A DNA stretch of 38,059 nt from IMG/VR virus record IMGVR_UViG_3300025653_000098, positions 1-38,059 of that record; one strand, written 5' to 3'. The DNA comes from a virus. Its lineage: Duplodnaviria; Caudoviricetes. The position numbers and the translations under genes were made by a program. The notes beneath the pieces are model-generated. The model did not search any database. It was not told the origin of the DNA and saw only the letters and a program-made list of their open reading frames with translations. This document shows, piece after piece, positions 18,390 to 27,737 of this stretch. Numbering within the stretch: the stretch's first letter is position 1; each line of letters begins with the position of its first letter.

Positions 18390-19007
18390 ATGGACGACGA
18401 AGAAGAAAAAAAATATTACGGAGGAGAATTACCAACTGTTAATATTACGGCCAAGCAAGAGCCCATTAAAAAAATGAAAACCGCTACTCAAAAGAATATT
18501 GAAAGGATTAAAAAAGACGCGGAAGAATATTCTAAAAATATAAGTGGTCAAACATTTACTACAGACGAAATATTTGGGTTTAATAATGCCACTACTAAAG
18601 CAGAAAAGAAAAAAAAGAAAAATTTAAAAACAAATGGAGATACTCCTGGATCATTTTCTGAAAAAGACACAGAAATAATAACCAAAGGTTCTGGTAAAAG
18701 CGCAGAACAAGTCGCTAAAGAATTTGCTGACAGAGAAGCTTACTCCCCAACAGGTGTTTGGGAATTTGATTTAGGTTATACCGCAGGTCGAGCTAGAAAA
18801 AAGAAAATTGATGCTGCCGGCGGTATTGAAGCTTTTAAAGCAGCCAAGCAAGAAAAAAAGATTGCTAGGCAAAAAAGAAAAAATTCAAAGCAAAAAATAG
18901 CTGGTATTAAAACAGAAGTAACTAGCCGTTCTCCAATTGATTATGGAAAGGTTACAAATAAAAAAGAAGTTAAAGGGCTTCCTACTAAAGGGAAATACGG
19001 TATCTAA
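18390..19007 (+). CDS. Lysine-rich hypothetical protein
   Basis: ATG 18390 is preferred over TTG 18369. Low complexity, with YYGGELPTVNITA near the N-terminus. Confidence 0.65.
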   Translation: MDDEEEKKYYGGELPTVNITAKQEPIKKMKTATQKNIERIKKDAEEYSKNISGQTFTTDEIFGFNNATTKAEKKKKKNLKTNGDTPGSFSEKDTEIITKGSGKSAEQVAKEFADREAYSPTGVWEFDLGYTAGRARKKKIDAAGGIEAFKAAKQEKKIARQKRKNSKQKIAGIKTEVTSRSPIDYGKVTNKKEVKGLPTKGKYGI

Positions 19008-19020
19008 TTAAAAAATAACT

Positions 19021-20031
19021 ATGGCTATAAATATAAATACAGTTTATAAAACTGTTCTTTCTATAATGAATAAAGAGCAGCGTGGTTACCTTACTCCTGA
19101 TGAATTCAATAAAATAGCCAAGCAAGTTCAATTAAATCTTGTAGATAAATCTTTTTATGATTTAAACAAAGCTTTAGTATATAAATCTAGAGGCGTTGTG
19201 AATCAAGGTGTTGCAGATACAGCTGACAAGATTCAAGAAAAGATTGACGCTTTATATAAAACTGGTACTGCAACATTTACTTCTGGGTCTGCTACTTTAC
19301 CTACTGATATATATAAAATAATCAGTATTGTGAGTAATGATAGATTAAGGACATATGAAGAAGTTAAAAAGCACGAGATTACTTACATGCAGTCCTCGCC
19401 GTTAACTGCGCCATCATCAACCTTTCCTGTTTACTATCAAGAAACCGCTGGTACATCGATAACAACACTACCGGCTTTAGCTGATGCATCGACCGTAACT
19501 GTTGATTATATAAAGAAGCCTGATGATCCAAGGTGGGGTTATGAAATAAATAGTCAGTACGGAAACAAAACACACGATGTTAGAACGTTTGTTTCTGATG
19601 GATTGGTTCCAAGTACTGATATAATAAACATGCTATCAGACACGGATACTGGCAGAACAAACGGAACTTATACTAACGTTGCGTACACTAACAGCGGATC
19701 TGGCACAGGAGGCACGCTTAATGTTACTGTTAGTGGTGGTGTTATAACAGCTATAGTAATAGGTTCAGCTGGTAGCGGATATAGTATTGGAGATGTATTA
19801 ACTTTATCTAATGCAACTATAGGCGGAACCGCTACAGCAACTATAACTTTAGCAGGTCAAGCTATTTTTAGACACACAACTTTTGGGTCAACTAACTTTG
19901 AGCTGCATCCTTCTGAAGAAATGTCTTTAGTCACGGGTATACTAGCTTATAGTGGTATTGTCATAAGAGATCCTAATATAACACAAATGGCATCTCAAAT
20001 AATACAGTCAAACGAAGCAACTAAACAATAA
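19021..20031 (+). CDS. Head-tail adaptor/ring protein with G/T/S-rich insertion
   Basis: Position in the module; QRGYLTPDEFN...YIKKP...FELHPSEE pattern resembles crAss-like ring proteins. Confidence 0.65.
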   Translation: MAININTVYKTVLSIMNKEQRGYLTPDEFNKIAKQVQLNLVDKSFYDLNKALVYKSRGVVNQGVADTADKIQEKIDALYKTGTATFTSGSATLPTDIYKIISIVSNDRLRTYEEVKKHEITYMQSSPLTAPSSTFPVYYQETAGTSITTLPALADASTVTVDYIKKPDDPRWGYEINSQYGNKTHDVRTFVSDGLVPSTDIINMLSDTDTGRTNGTYTNVAYTNSGSGTGGTLNVTVSGGVITAIVIGSAGSGYSIGDVLTLSNATIGGTATATITLAGQAIFRHTTFGSTNFELHPSEEMSLVTGILAYSGIVIRDPNITQMASQIIQSNEATKQ

Positions 20032-20036
20032 AATAA

Positions 20037-21131
20037 ATGGGGTTAATTAACGAAACAGCTTCACAGTATTACACAGGAGTACAAGGTTATTTTAATGCTA
20101 CGCTAACAACTAGCCTTACAATAAACCTTACGTTTGATCCATTACCAACTGTTAAGTCTGACATAAGGGTTTATGTTGATAATCTTGAGGTAGACCCAAG
20201 TTTTTATACTTATACCAGCCCTACTGTTTCTTTATCTGGATACACAATAAATGCAGGTCAAAACGTAGAGGTACACTATGTGTTTGCTAAAACTGGTAAG
20301 TATCGGTTTGTATCTATTGAAGATATGGTAAACAACTTCATGATTGCTTATGTAGGAAACGGCAAAATGATAGACGACGTAAAACGTTCTGATGTATTGT
20401 TTCACTGCAAAAGAGGTATTCAAGAGTTTTCTTACGATATAGGAAGAGTAGAGAAAATACAAGAAATAGAATTAGGGCCAGCACTTACAATGGCTATGCC
20501 GCAAGACTATGTTAACTACGTTAAAATATCTTGGATTGATAGTGATGGTCACGAACATGTTATATTACCATATGAGCACAGTTCCAGACCTAACATACCA
20601 ATATTACAAGGTAACGACTATAGTTATTTATTTGATAATGAAGGTAATTTACTGTTAGGTGATTCTGTACAACAAGACAGATTTGATGCTAGAGATGTTT
20701 CTAATATTCAAGATGATGATTACTTTGCTTCTCAAGTATATGAAGTAGAGAGAAGTGCTCACACTGGTGGTCGGTACGGTTTGAACCCTAGTGAATCAGG
20801 TGCTACAGGAATATTTATGATAAACGAAGCTGAAGGCAATATTGCTTTTAGTAGCGACTTGTCAGGTAAGATCATAACACTTAAGTATATATCTGACGGG
20901 TTAGGCACTGATAGTGAAATGAAGGTTCACAAGTTTGCTGAAGAGGCAATATATAAGCACATAGCTTATAACATTGTTTCGACAAAAGCAAACGCACCTG
21001 AGTACGTTGTTAACAGATATAGAAAAGAAAGAAGAGCAGCTATGCGTAATGCAAAACTTAGACTGCAAAACTTCAAACCTCTTGAGCTTATACAAACAAT
21101 GAGGGGTAAATCGAAACATATAAAACATTAA
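20037..21131 (+). CDS. Tail ring/tubular protein
   Basis: MPQDYVNYVKI, LKYISDGL and KFAEEAIYKHI; located before the stabilisation protein. Confidence 0.65.
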   Translation: MGLINETASQYYTGVQGYFNATLTTSLTINLTFDPLPTVKSDIRVYVDNLEVDPSFYTYTSPTVSLSGYTINAGQNVEVHYVFAKTGKYRFVSIEDMVNNFMIAYVGNGKMIDDVKRSDVLFHCKRGIQEFSYDIGRVEKIQEIELGPALTMAMPQDYVNYVKISWIDSDGHEHVILPYEHSSRPNIPILQGNDYSYLFDNEGNLLLGDSVQQDRFDARDVSNIQDDDYFASQVYEVERSAHTGGRYGLNPSESGATGIFMINEAEGNIAFSSDLSGKIITLKYISDGLGTDSEMKVHKFAEEAIYKHIAYNIVSTKANAPEYVVNRYRKERRAAMRNAKLRLQNFKPLELIQTMRGKSKHIKH

Positions 21132-21135
21132 TTAA

Positions 21136-21465
21136 ATGGCTGAGTTAAAAAACAATTTTGCTGGGGCTAAGATTAATAAAGATGTAGACAAAAAAATCTT
21201 ACCAAAGAACGAATACAGAGAAGCCCAAAACGTATCTATACCAGAATCAAGCGAAGGTGGCGTTGGCGCCGCTGAACCAAGTTTAGGTAATGAGCTTAAC
21301 TATGAGACAGCTTTATCTTATGATGCTGGCACAGAGGTTATAGGATACTACCTAGATGAGTTAAATAATAAAGTATATTGGTTTGTTACAGACCAAACTC
21401 AGTTTAGTAGATCTACATCATTACAAGATACAACTGCTGAAATATCAGATCCACCAGCAGCTTAA
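21136..21465 (+). CDS. Tail stabilisation/muzzle protein, N-terminal fragment
   Basis: F..AKINKDVD...LPKNEYREAQN...G...GN resembles the N-terminus of crAss-like/P22 gp10-like stabilisation proteins. Confidence 0.65.
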   Translation: MAELKNNFAGAKINKDVDKKILPKNEYREAQNVSIPESSEGGVGAAEPSLGNELNYETALSYDAGTEVIGYYLDELNNKVYWFVTDQTQFSRSTSLQDTTAEISDPPAA

Positions 21466-21475
21466 TAGAATATAA

Positions 21476-24400
21476 ATGGCGGTAAATAAAATAATAATGC
21501 AGGATTTGTCCACTATGGAAGAACCTGTTGAAATAGTTAGTGGTGATTTTTTAAATTTTTCTAAAAACCATTTGATAACCGGTATAAACGTTATCGAAGA
21601 CTTATTGTTTTGGACTGACAATTACAATCAACCTAGAAAAATAAATATCAATAAAGCAATAAACGATCCTACTTATTACGACAGTGAGGATAAAATATCT
21701 GTTGCTAAAATTGCTCCTTATGCCGCGCCTTTAATTCATGAGCATCAAAACTTACATACAGTAACAACTGAAAACACATTAAAAGCTGATGCTAACGTTA
21801 ATTCTGATTATTTAAAAGAAAACTTTGTTAGGTTTTCTTATAGATACAAATATGAAGACAACGAATACTCTTTAATAGCCCCATTCACTCAAGTTGTATT
21901 TGAACCATTAAATAATGGTTGTATTATAGATGACGCAGCAGAGACAGACTTAACTTCTTCTTCAAGCGATGCTGATAAAGCTAATTACGAGTTTGGAACA
22001 AAAAAAGTAGTAGATACCGGAAAAGTTGCTATAATGCAAAACGCTATCAATAGGGTTAAGCTTAGAATACCATTACCATATAATAACGATGCTTTAACGG
22101 CGACTACACGTACTTTAACTAGTGCGATTGGATCACCAACAAGCACTAGTATAGCTCTTACGGGGCTTGCTTTACCAGATGATCACTATATAGTAAAAGG
22201 AACATTCACAAGTGCGACTGAAGCGGGAAACGCTAAGACACATGATTTAACCCAATTTATTGCTTCAGGCGTAGGTGTTAACCCTACAATAAATTTAGAT
22301 AGCGGGCAAGTATCAGGCCCAATATCATCAGAACTTGCTTTTGTTCCAATGTGGGAAAACTATGTTGGATTAAAAAGTATAGAAATATTAATAAAAGAAT
22401 CTGATGATGCGGCTGTAAGAGTTGTTGGTGAGATAGATGTACGAGACATAAGAGATTTTAAAGATAACGTAGATGTTTATCCTATTAGAGCTTGGTCAAC
22501 TATGCCAACTTACTATAGGTACTGCTACGTTTTTGATTATAAGTCAGAAAAGCCATACAAAGTAATACCAGAAGGTCAGGTCAATAGAGTTAGCGATGAT
22601 GTACCTATTAGAGCGCAAGCACAAGAGGTAGTATCTAATAGAATTGTTTACGGTAATTATTTAAAAAACTACCAATATCCAACTGATGCCGCTGGCAATA
22701 AAGGGATAAATTACATTGTTACCTCTTTAGCTAAAGGAGAAAATGAATATGATTCTACTGCATCAGAACCTAAATATTGGCTTAACTTACAGCATAATGA
22801 ATACGCTTACAGATATGGATCACTTAAACAAAGAAGAACCTATCAAGTTGGCGTAGTATTGTCTGATAGATATGGTAGGCAATCACCTGTAATATTATCT
22901 TCTGCTAAAAAGGGTAACAACGCTACGACACAAAATGATTCTCCAGACACTATAACTACCGTAAATCAAACGGGTTCGGCAGCAATTGGATATTCTCTTG
23001 GACACGATGGCAGTGCAGCTGATTTTACTTGGTCGCAATATGAGCTTGATGTTATTGGCAGAACTTTAGGTATAGAGTTTCAAGATTCATTTTTAGTTCC
23101 AGCTGATCAGTCTTATAGCAGCACTAATAATTTAGGATGGTATTCATATAGAGTTGTTGTAAAACAAACGCAACAAGACTACTATAACGTATACACGCCT
23201 CACCCAATAGCATTAGCCGACTCAACAAGCGCTTCTTCTTACATGACTTTATTTAGTGACAATATAAATAAAGTACCTAGAAGTATATTAGACCAAGATA
23301 TAAACAGAAATAACATATCAGGATCCGATGTGTTTTTATTCCCTAAAGTACAATCGCTTAATGCTGGTAGTAAAGACTCTAAATTGCAAACTAGTTACTC
23401 TTCTAAACTGATAGATGTAATAAGTCTTGGAACAATACAGGAACAAGATAGTGAGTATGATTTAACTAATTCTACCGAATCACTTCTTTCTACGTCTGGT
23501 AACGCGAGCTTAGTTTACAAAAGTGAAAGAGGCCCATTAGTAGCTGAAATTGAAAACTTAGCGACTTTTTATGGGGGTCTTACTAGCCCAACACATTTAA
23601 GAGGATTGAGTGTATTTGAAACCGAGCCATTTGATTCAAAACTAGACATATACTACGAAACATCTACAACAGGTTTAGTAACTGATTTAAACTGGGGTTT
23701 GCAGTTAGCCCCTCCAGCTAGTGCACCTGAAGAAGAATCAATAGAGTTTCAAGGAACACCAAATGTTTTAACTAAAAGCTTTATAGAAAGTAAAACTACG
23801 GGATCTTTAGGTACAGTAGTAGCAACAGCAGGAACAGGCGGTAATACTTTAGTTTATGAGTTACTAAACTTATGGAGCTATAATGGCGTTGGTAGGGACG
23901 ACTTTAAAAATAGAGTTTCATTAAATAGCAGCACCGGCGTGTTATCACTTTCCAGCGGAGTAGCTACAGGAACTGGTTTTGCTCATAGAAACTCTGATTA
24001 TGATAAATATGACGTAGTTTTAAAAGTAAGTGAGTATTCCGGTAAAGATTATACTGGGTCATCTATTAGAACATTACAGATACAAGTAACAAACGATAAT
24101 CCAAGTATTCAATTATATAATTCAAGTGGCACACTAGCTTCATCATCAAGAAGTGCTGAAGTTAACTTTTACGAAAGATTTAATGTTAAACTTGATAACG
24201 GCTACACGCATAGCGGCGCTGCTGAAAATGGTGGTACAGATAGTGTAGAAAAATACAGAGGACTTACATATGCAATAACTTTTCCTAACATAACTAATAC
24301 GCAACTACGAACTTGGGCTGAAAGATCATTTAAAGTAGAACAAAAAGCAAACGGCAAAATAGATATTAAAACAACATATGTGTGGGAGATTAACGAAAAC

Positions 24401-25039
24401 TGGAGCCAAGAACCATTAAATATTGAAACCCCTCAAGGCCAAACTAAACAAGACTTTTTTGATTTGCTTCCAGCGGAAAGAACTATGACAATTACTGTTT
24501 CAGATAATGCTTCCACCCCGTTAACAAACACAGCAACGTTGCAGATTGACGAGGCTATACCTTTGCTTAAAATGAACAGTATTTACATAGCTAATCGTGG
24601 TGAGTTAAATCCTGACGAAAAACCAGGTAGTGGACGTAAGTCTATTGAATTTAACAGAAGTGCTTTTATTGGTAGAGGAAAAATTTTACAAGAAGTAGAT
24701 ATATTAAAGCCAAGAAAAGGAAACGCTATTTATTTTGGTCGTGACGAAAAGAAAGCAAGTGAAATCACTTATGCTTTTGGAAGTAGAGATATATTTATAA
24801 TTTATAATTATACTAAGCTTGGCTATGACGGTAAACAAGCGTACTATGATATTGCGGTAGTGTCTAATGGAGTTAATTCAGTAGATTCATCATTTTTAGA
24901 TTCATACATTTTATATACAGATACAATACTTGTTGCTGATGGAGAAACAGCCGCAGAAAAAATCGTCCAATTTGGAGATGAACAGTGGCCGACTAAAGCT
25001 TTAAGCGGATCAAATAAATTGTTTAATTTTCCAACATAA
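21476..25039 (+). CDS. Tail stabilisation/muzzle protein, central part with accessory beta-sandwich domains
   Basis: FLNFS...LLFWTDNYNQPRKIN, RFSYRYKYEDNEYS, NRIVYGNY and SLKQRRTYQVGVVLSDRYGRQS. Confidence 0.72.
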   Translation: MAVNKIIMQDLSTMEEPVEIVSGDFLNFSKNHLITGINVIEDLLFWTDNYNQPRKININKAINDPTYYDSEDKISVAKIAPYAAPLIHEHQNLHTVTTENTLKADANVNSDYLKENFVRFSYRYKYEDNEYSLIAPFTQVVFEPLNNGCIIDDAAETDLTSSSSDADKANYEFGTKKVVDTGKVAIMQNAINRVKLRIPLPYNNDALTATTRTLTSAIGSPTSTSIALTGLALPDDHYIVKGTFTSATEAGNAKTHDLTQFIASGVGVNPTINLDSGQVSGPISSELAFVPMWENYVGLKSIEILIKESDDAAVRVVGEIDVRDIRDFKDNVDVYPIRAWSTMPTYYRYCYVFDYKSEKPYKVIPEGQVNRVSDDVPIRAQAQEVVSNRIVYGNYLKNYQYPTDAAGNKGINYIVTSLAKGENEYDSTASEPKYWLNLQHNEYAYRYGSLKQRRTYQVGVVLSDRYGRQSPVILSSAKKGNNATTQNDSPDTITTVNQTGSAAIGYSLGHDGSAADFTWSQYELDVIGRTLGIEFQDSFLVPADQSYSSTNNLGWYSYRVVVKQTQQDYYNVYTPHPIALADSTSASSYMTLFSDNINKVPRSILDQDINRNNISGSDVFLFPKVQSLNAGSKDSKLQTSYSSKLIDVISLGTIQEQDSEYDLTNSTESLLSTSGNASLVYKSERGPLVAEIENLATFYGGLTSPTHLRGLSVFETEPFDSKLDIYYETSTTGLVTDLNWGLQLAPPASAPEEESIEFQGTPNVLTKSFIESKTTGSLGTVVATAGTGGNTLVYELLNLWSYNGVGRDDFKNRVSLNSSTGVLSLSSGVATGTGFAHRNSDYDKYDVVLKVSEYSGKDYTGSSIRTLQIQVTNDNPSIQLYNSSGTLASSSRSAEVNFYERFNVKLDNGYTHSGAAENGGTDSVEKYRGLTYAITFPNITNTQLRTWAERSFKVEQKANGKIDIKTTYVWEINENWSQEPLNIETPQGQTKQDFFDLLPAERTMTITVSDNASTPLTNTATLQIDEAIPLLKMNSIYIANRGELNPDEKPGSGRKSIEFNRSAFIGRGKILQEVDILKPRKGNAIYFGRDEKKASEITYAFGSRDIFIIYNYTKLGYDGKQAYYDIAVVSNGVNSVDSSFLDSYILYTDTILVADGETAAEKIVQFGDEQWPTKALSGSNKLFNFPT

Positions 25040-25044
25040 TCACA

Positions 25045-26442
25045 ATGCCAGTACAATTAGAAGTAGGATATTTTAACACATTTATAGTTTCAAACTCAAC
25101 TTATGCAGCGCCAGACACTATAGACGGAACTTGGTACGTAGAAGAGTCTAGAATAAAAGGTAAATACAATGGTACTCAAGTTGATTATGGAGTAAGAGCA
25201 TATGCAACTGATGAAGAGTACGAACCAGAAAATATTAGTAATGGTTTAATCTATTCTGGTTTATATAATGAAAGAACTGGTATAAACCAAACAAATGCTT
25301 TTCCTACAGGTACTGAAATAACTAGACAGGTCGATCCTAAGTATGGATCTATACAAAAGCTGTATGCAGAGGATAACGACTTAAATATATTTCAAGAGTC
25401 AAAAGTACATCGAGCTTTAATAGATAGAGACGCTATATTCACAGCTACTGGTAACCAATTAGTTACAGCAACAAATAAAGTTATAGGTAGTATAACTTCT
25501 TATTTAGCTGATAATGGTATATCTAAAAACCCTGAAAGCCACGCTTACTACAATGGCAGACAATATTTTGTTGATAGAGATAGAGGCGCAATATTAAGAC
25601 TAAGTAGAGATGGTATAACTAAAATATCTTCTTACGGTATAAAAACCTTTACTAGAGATACTTTAAACTCAATATCCGAAGATAATGCTTTGTTTATAAG
25701 AGGTATGTATGATGAAAGAGGATCAGAGTATGTTTTGTGTATAAGTAACAGAAGTGAAACTTATAGCGACATATCTGTTGGTAGAAAAATAAACACTTCA
25801 ACTGACGAAGAAGAAGAAATGAAGTTTGTTACTATGGGCTTTTATGAAAACAATAATGGCTGGACTTCTTTATATTCTTATAAACCTCGTTTTGGGTTTA
25901 GTTATAAAAACAACTTTTTTACTTATAACGAATATAACTTATACCAACACTATAGCGAGAACGTGCCAAGGTGTAACTTCTATGGTGAAGGTAACGATCC
26001 ATCATATATTCAGTTAATAATAAACGACGGGCCATCACAAGTCAAAAACTTTTTAAATGTAAACTACGAAGGCTCACAAGGATGGAGAGCTGTGAATATA
26101 CAATGTGAAAGCCACGGCGTTGCTAACGATTCAGTTAGTCAATACGAAGATGTAAAAGAACTTGCCTATGATATACCACCCTATGGAACAACTGACTTTG
26201 ATGAAAACGGTGTAGCAATAAATATAGGGTTTAAAAAGCAAGAAGGAGAGTTTAATGCTGGTATAATAGCTAAAAATAATAACTTTTACCACGATGATGA
26301 ATACGCTCATACTAGTGGATTAAAAGGGCATTATTTAGACTTAACTTTGTTAACTAGAAATACTACAGGATTAAATGCATCGGAAGAAGGGCCAATATCA
26401 CTTTTTACTGTATCTTCGGAGGCTAAAATTTCTTCTACATGA
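25045..26442 (+). CDS. Tail stabilisation/muzzle protein, C-terminal part
   Basis: YGSIQKL, GISKNPES, YFVD..RGAILRLSRDGITKIS and GWTS.YSYKP beta-propeller-like motifs. Confidence 0.72.
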   Translation: MPVQLEVGYFNTFIVSNSTYAAPDTIDGTWYVEESRIKGKYNGTQVDYGVRAYATDEEYEPENISNGLIYSGLYNERTGINQTNAFPTGTEITRQVDPKYGSIQKLYAEDNDLNIFQESKVHRALIDRDAIFTATGNQLVTATNKVIGSITSYLADNGISKNPESHAYYNGRQYFVDRDRGAILRLSRDGITKISSYGIKTFTRDTLNSISEDNALFIRGMYDERGSEYVLCISNRSETYSDISVGRKINTSTDEEEEMKFVTMGFYENNNGWTSLYSYKPRFGFSYKNNFFTYNEYNLYQHYSENVPRCNFYGEGNDPSYIQLIINDGPSQVKNFLNVNYEGSQGWRAVNIQCESHGVANDSVSQYEDVKELAYDIPPYGTTDFDENGVAINIGFKKQEGEFNAGIIAKNNNFYHDDEYAHTSGLKGHYLDLTLLTRNTTGLNASEEGPISLFTVSSEAKISST

Positions 26443-27038
26443 CAGAGCAGGATATTAACGAGCAAATATTAAATTCACCTTTAACAAAAGAGCAGGCTAA
26501 AGAACAATGGATTAGTGCCACTAAAGACATGGATCTAAAGCACACCTTTACTTTTGATGAAATGTGGGACACTGCTGCTGAGCTAAGAAAAAAGAAAGAG
26601 TTCAGAGATCAAATTACTTTAGCACACGAAGCGTTAGAAAAAAACGAAAACGCAATGAAAGGTGAAGAGCTACATGCTTACAACCCTGTAAAGCATACGT
26701 TTACAGATAATTGTTATGTTAGAGAAATATTTAATCCAGCGGGCCAATTAATTGTAACTAAGATACATAAAAAAGAACATCCATTTTTCTTAATGAAAGG
26801 AAAAATGTCAATACTAACCGAAGATGGAGTTGTGGAATTAGAGGCACCTCATCACGGTATAACAAAACCTGGCACTAAAAGAATAATTTATACACACACA
26901 GATTGTGTATTTATTACAGTACACGGAACAGATAAAAAAACACCAGAGGAAGTTGAAGAAGAGGTTATTGCTAAAAACTTCGACGACCCTGTAATATCAA
27001 TAGAAGAGATTAATTTATTAAAAAGTAATAAATCATGA
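26439..27038 (+). CDS. Cupin-like (double-stranded beta-helix) protein
   Basis: HTFTDNCYVREIFNPAG..IVTKIHKKEHPFFLMKG...KPGTKR...FITVH. Confidence 0.65.
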   Translation: MTEQDINEQILNSPLTKEQAKEQWISATKDMDLKHTFTFDEMWDTAAELRKKKEFRDQITLAHEALEKNENAMKGEELHAYNPVKHTFTDNCYVREIFNPAGQLIVTKIHKKEHPFFLMKGKMSILTEDGVVELEAPHHGITKPGTKRIIYTHTDCVFITVHGTDKKTPEEVEEEVIAKNFDDPVISIEEINLLKSNKS

Positions 27039-27712
27039 GTTTTATAGCGGGATCATTACTAATAGCAGGCGGAATAGCAGTTGCAGGTGGAGCGACAACA
27101 GCTATTATGGCCGGCTCACAAGCAAAAAAGTCAAGACGATCAGCTGAAAGATTAGAACGTGAATTAAAGACACTTGAAGCGGGTAGACAAGAGATTATTG
27201 ACCCGTCGTTGCAGGTACAAGATTTAAGTGCGCAAATCACAAACCCATACGCTAATTTACAGGTGGCAACTCAAGCCGCTGAAATGCAGGCAACGCAGTC
27301 AGATATTGCTTTAGCAAATACACTTGACCAGCTTAGAGCCACAGGTGCTGGTGCTGGCGGCGCAACTGCTCTTGCTAGGGCTGCGGCACAAAGTAAACAA
27401 GAAATATCGGCTAGCATTGAAGCACAAGAAGCAGCTAATGCTAAGTTGAGGGCTGAGGGCGAAGCACAAAGGCAACAAAGAGTTTTATCTGAACAGCAAA
27501 GAGTTCAACAAGCCAGATCGGCTGGACAAGAGTTTATGTTTGCCACTAGAGAAGGTAGAGAACTCCAGCAACTAGAAAGAACCGCTGCACTTGGTCAACA
27601 GGAAAGAATGTTGCAGCAACAGTATAGACAACAAATGATGGGTGCTATTAGTGGTACAGCTAGTTCGTTAGGATCTATGGGTGCTGGATATGCTGCAGCT
27701 ACTGCTGGATAA
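27035..27712 (+). CDS. Internal virion/ejection (pilot-like) protein
   Basis: G/A-rich hydrophobic N- and C-termini around a Q/A/E coiled coil. Confidence 0.65.
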   Translation: MSFIAGSLLIAGGIAVAGGATTAIMAGSQAKKSRRSAERLERELKTLEAGRQEIIDPSLQVQDLSAQITNPYANLQVATQAAEMQATQSDIALANTLDQLRATGAGAGGATALARAAAQSKQEISASIEAQEAANAKLRAEGEAQRQQRVLSEQQRVQQARSAGQEFMFATREGRELQQLERTAALGQQERMLQQQYRQQMMGAISGTASSLGSMGAGYAAATAG

Positions 27713-27737
27713 TAATAAAAAAAAATAAAATAAGACA

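Noticed and set aside
21463-21478. Stop-codon reassignment as in some crAss-like phages
   Set aside because: The break is TAA with a frame change, and long genes translate intact with code 11.
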